Below are positions 63,402-64,000 of a stretch of DNA of 64,000 nt, piece by piece (within the stretch, counting starts at the first letter, position 1; every line of letters begins with the position of its first letter). The stretch covers positions 796,298-860,297 of the forward strand of contig MU006097.1 in NCBI GenBank assembly GCA_010093705.1. The letters run 5' to 3'. The notes below the pieces were generated by a model. It had not been told where the DNA came from and did not search any database. It saw only the letters and a list, made by a program, of their open reading frames with translations. The position numbers were made by a program, and so were the translations under genes. The stretch is from Patellaria atrata CBS 101060. Its lineage: Eukaryota.

Positions 63402-64000
63402 ATGTCTACCCGCGGTCAGTTCAACACCAAGAACCCCACGATCAAACGCATCTGTAAGTTTCACAAAACTTTACTCTTGCGTTATCTACGCCGCGTACTC
63501 ATTATGCAAAGTGAAAGAAGCATCCGAACTTGTCTCCAACCCCTCCTTAGATTTTCATGCCGAGCCTCTAGAAGATAACCTCTTTGAATGGCACTTTACA
63601 CTATGTGGACCCCCTTCCCCATCCCCTTACGCCGGTGGTATCTACCATGGTCGCATAATACTACCATCTACGTACCCCTTAAGACCTCCTTCGTTTCGAT
63701 TCGTAACGGCCTCTGGAAGATTCGAAGTGAACCGCGAGATCTGTCTGTCAATAAGTGGGCATCATGAGGAGACATGGCAACCAGCTTGGGGTATCAGGAC
63801 AGCTCTGGTGGCCATTAGGAGTTTTATGGATACAGATGCAAAAGGTCAAGTTGGAGGTCTTGAATGTAGTGAACCTGCGAGAAAGAAGATGGCAAGCGAT
63901 AGCGCATCCTTTAAGTGCGGGACGTGTAGGAAGACTAATAAAGAGATAATGGCGGAGAGGGCTGAAGCGGCCAAGGAGATGGGAAGCAAAGGAAAAGAAG
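63402..64000 (+). CDS. Ubiquitin-conjugating enzyme E2, UBE2J1/Ubc6-like; runs off the window
   Basis: FNTKNPTIKRI|LKEASEL...PLEDNLFEWHFT...GIYHGRIILP..YPLRPP...GRFEVNREICLSISGHHEETWQPAWGIRT; intron 63454-63511. Confidence 0.92.

Noticed and set aside
1..64000. CRISPR arrays, prokaryotic defence systems, tRNA/rRNA/snRNA genes
   Set aside because: The sequence is intron-rich fungal DNA. I saw no repeat-spacer arrays, tRNA cloverleafs or U1-U6 signature sequences by eye, though a small RNA gene could have been missed.

Overview
Eukaryotic (filamentous ascomycete, Pezizomycotina-type) genomic DNA: short GT-AG introns with CTRAY branch points and no operons, rRNA, tRNA, CRISPR or recognisable intact transposons. 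I reconstructed about 26 spliced genes by hand. In order: 3' end of a divergent Argonaute; GMC/cholesterol-oxidase-hydrolase fusion; secreted Asp/Ala-repeat protein; mitochondrial mS38/Cox24; class II G-alpha; an orphan coiled-coil gene with a broken splice junction; Pgc1-like GDPD; gamma-tubulin; dynactin p25; Arf6; PMI; Sgf29; V-ATPase c; Snu13; a Ser/Pro-rich protein; Elp2; Urm1; EamA transporter; AKR7-like reductase; Smr protein; a disrupted membrane-protein pseudogene; MBOAT acyltransferase; two F-box proteins; Sso syntaxin; Nup188; and a partial Ubc6/UBE2J-like E2. The most notable observations are: ELP2 and URM1, two arms of the tRNA wobble-U34 mcm5s2U pathway, head-to-head on a 262-bp shared promoter; a 551-nt SGF29 intron that is a stop-free ORF in the frame of exon 2; a hairpin-forming intron before a 13-nt VMA3 microexon; a possible spliced non-coding transcript near 17.0-17.5 kb; and a recurring C-rich to G-rich strand-skew switch at gene 3' ends. 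All identities come from motif recognition, with no database searches, and exon boundaries are manual.
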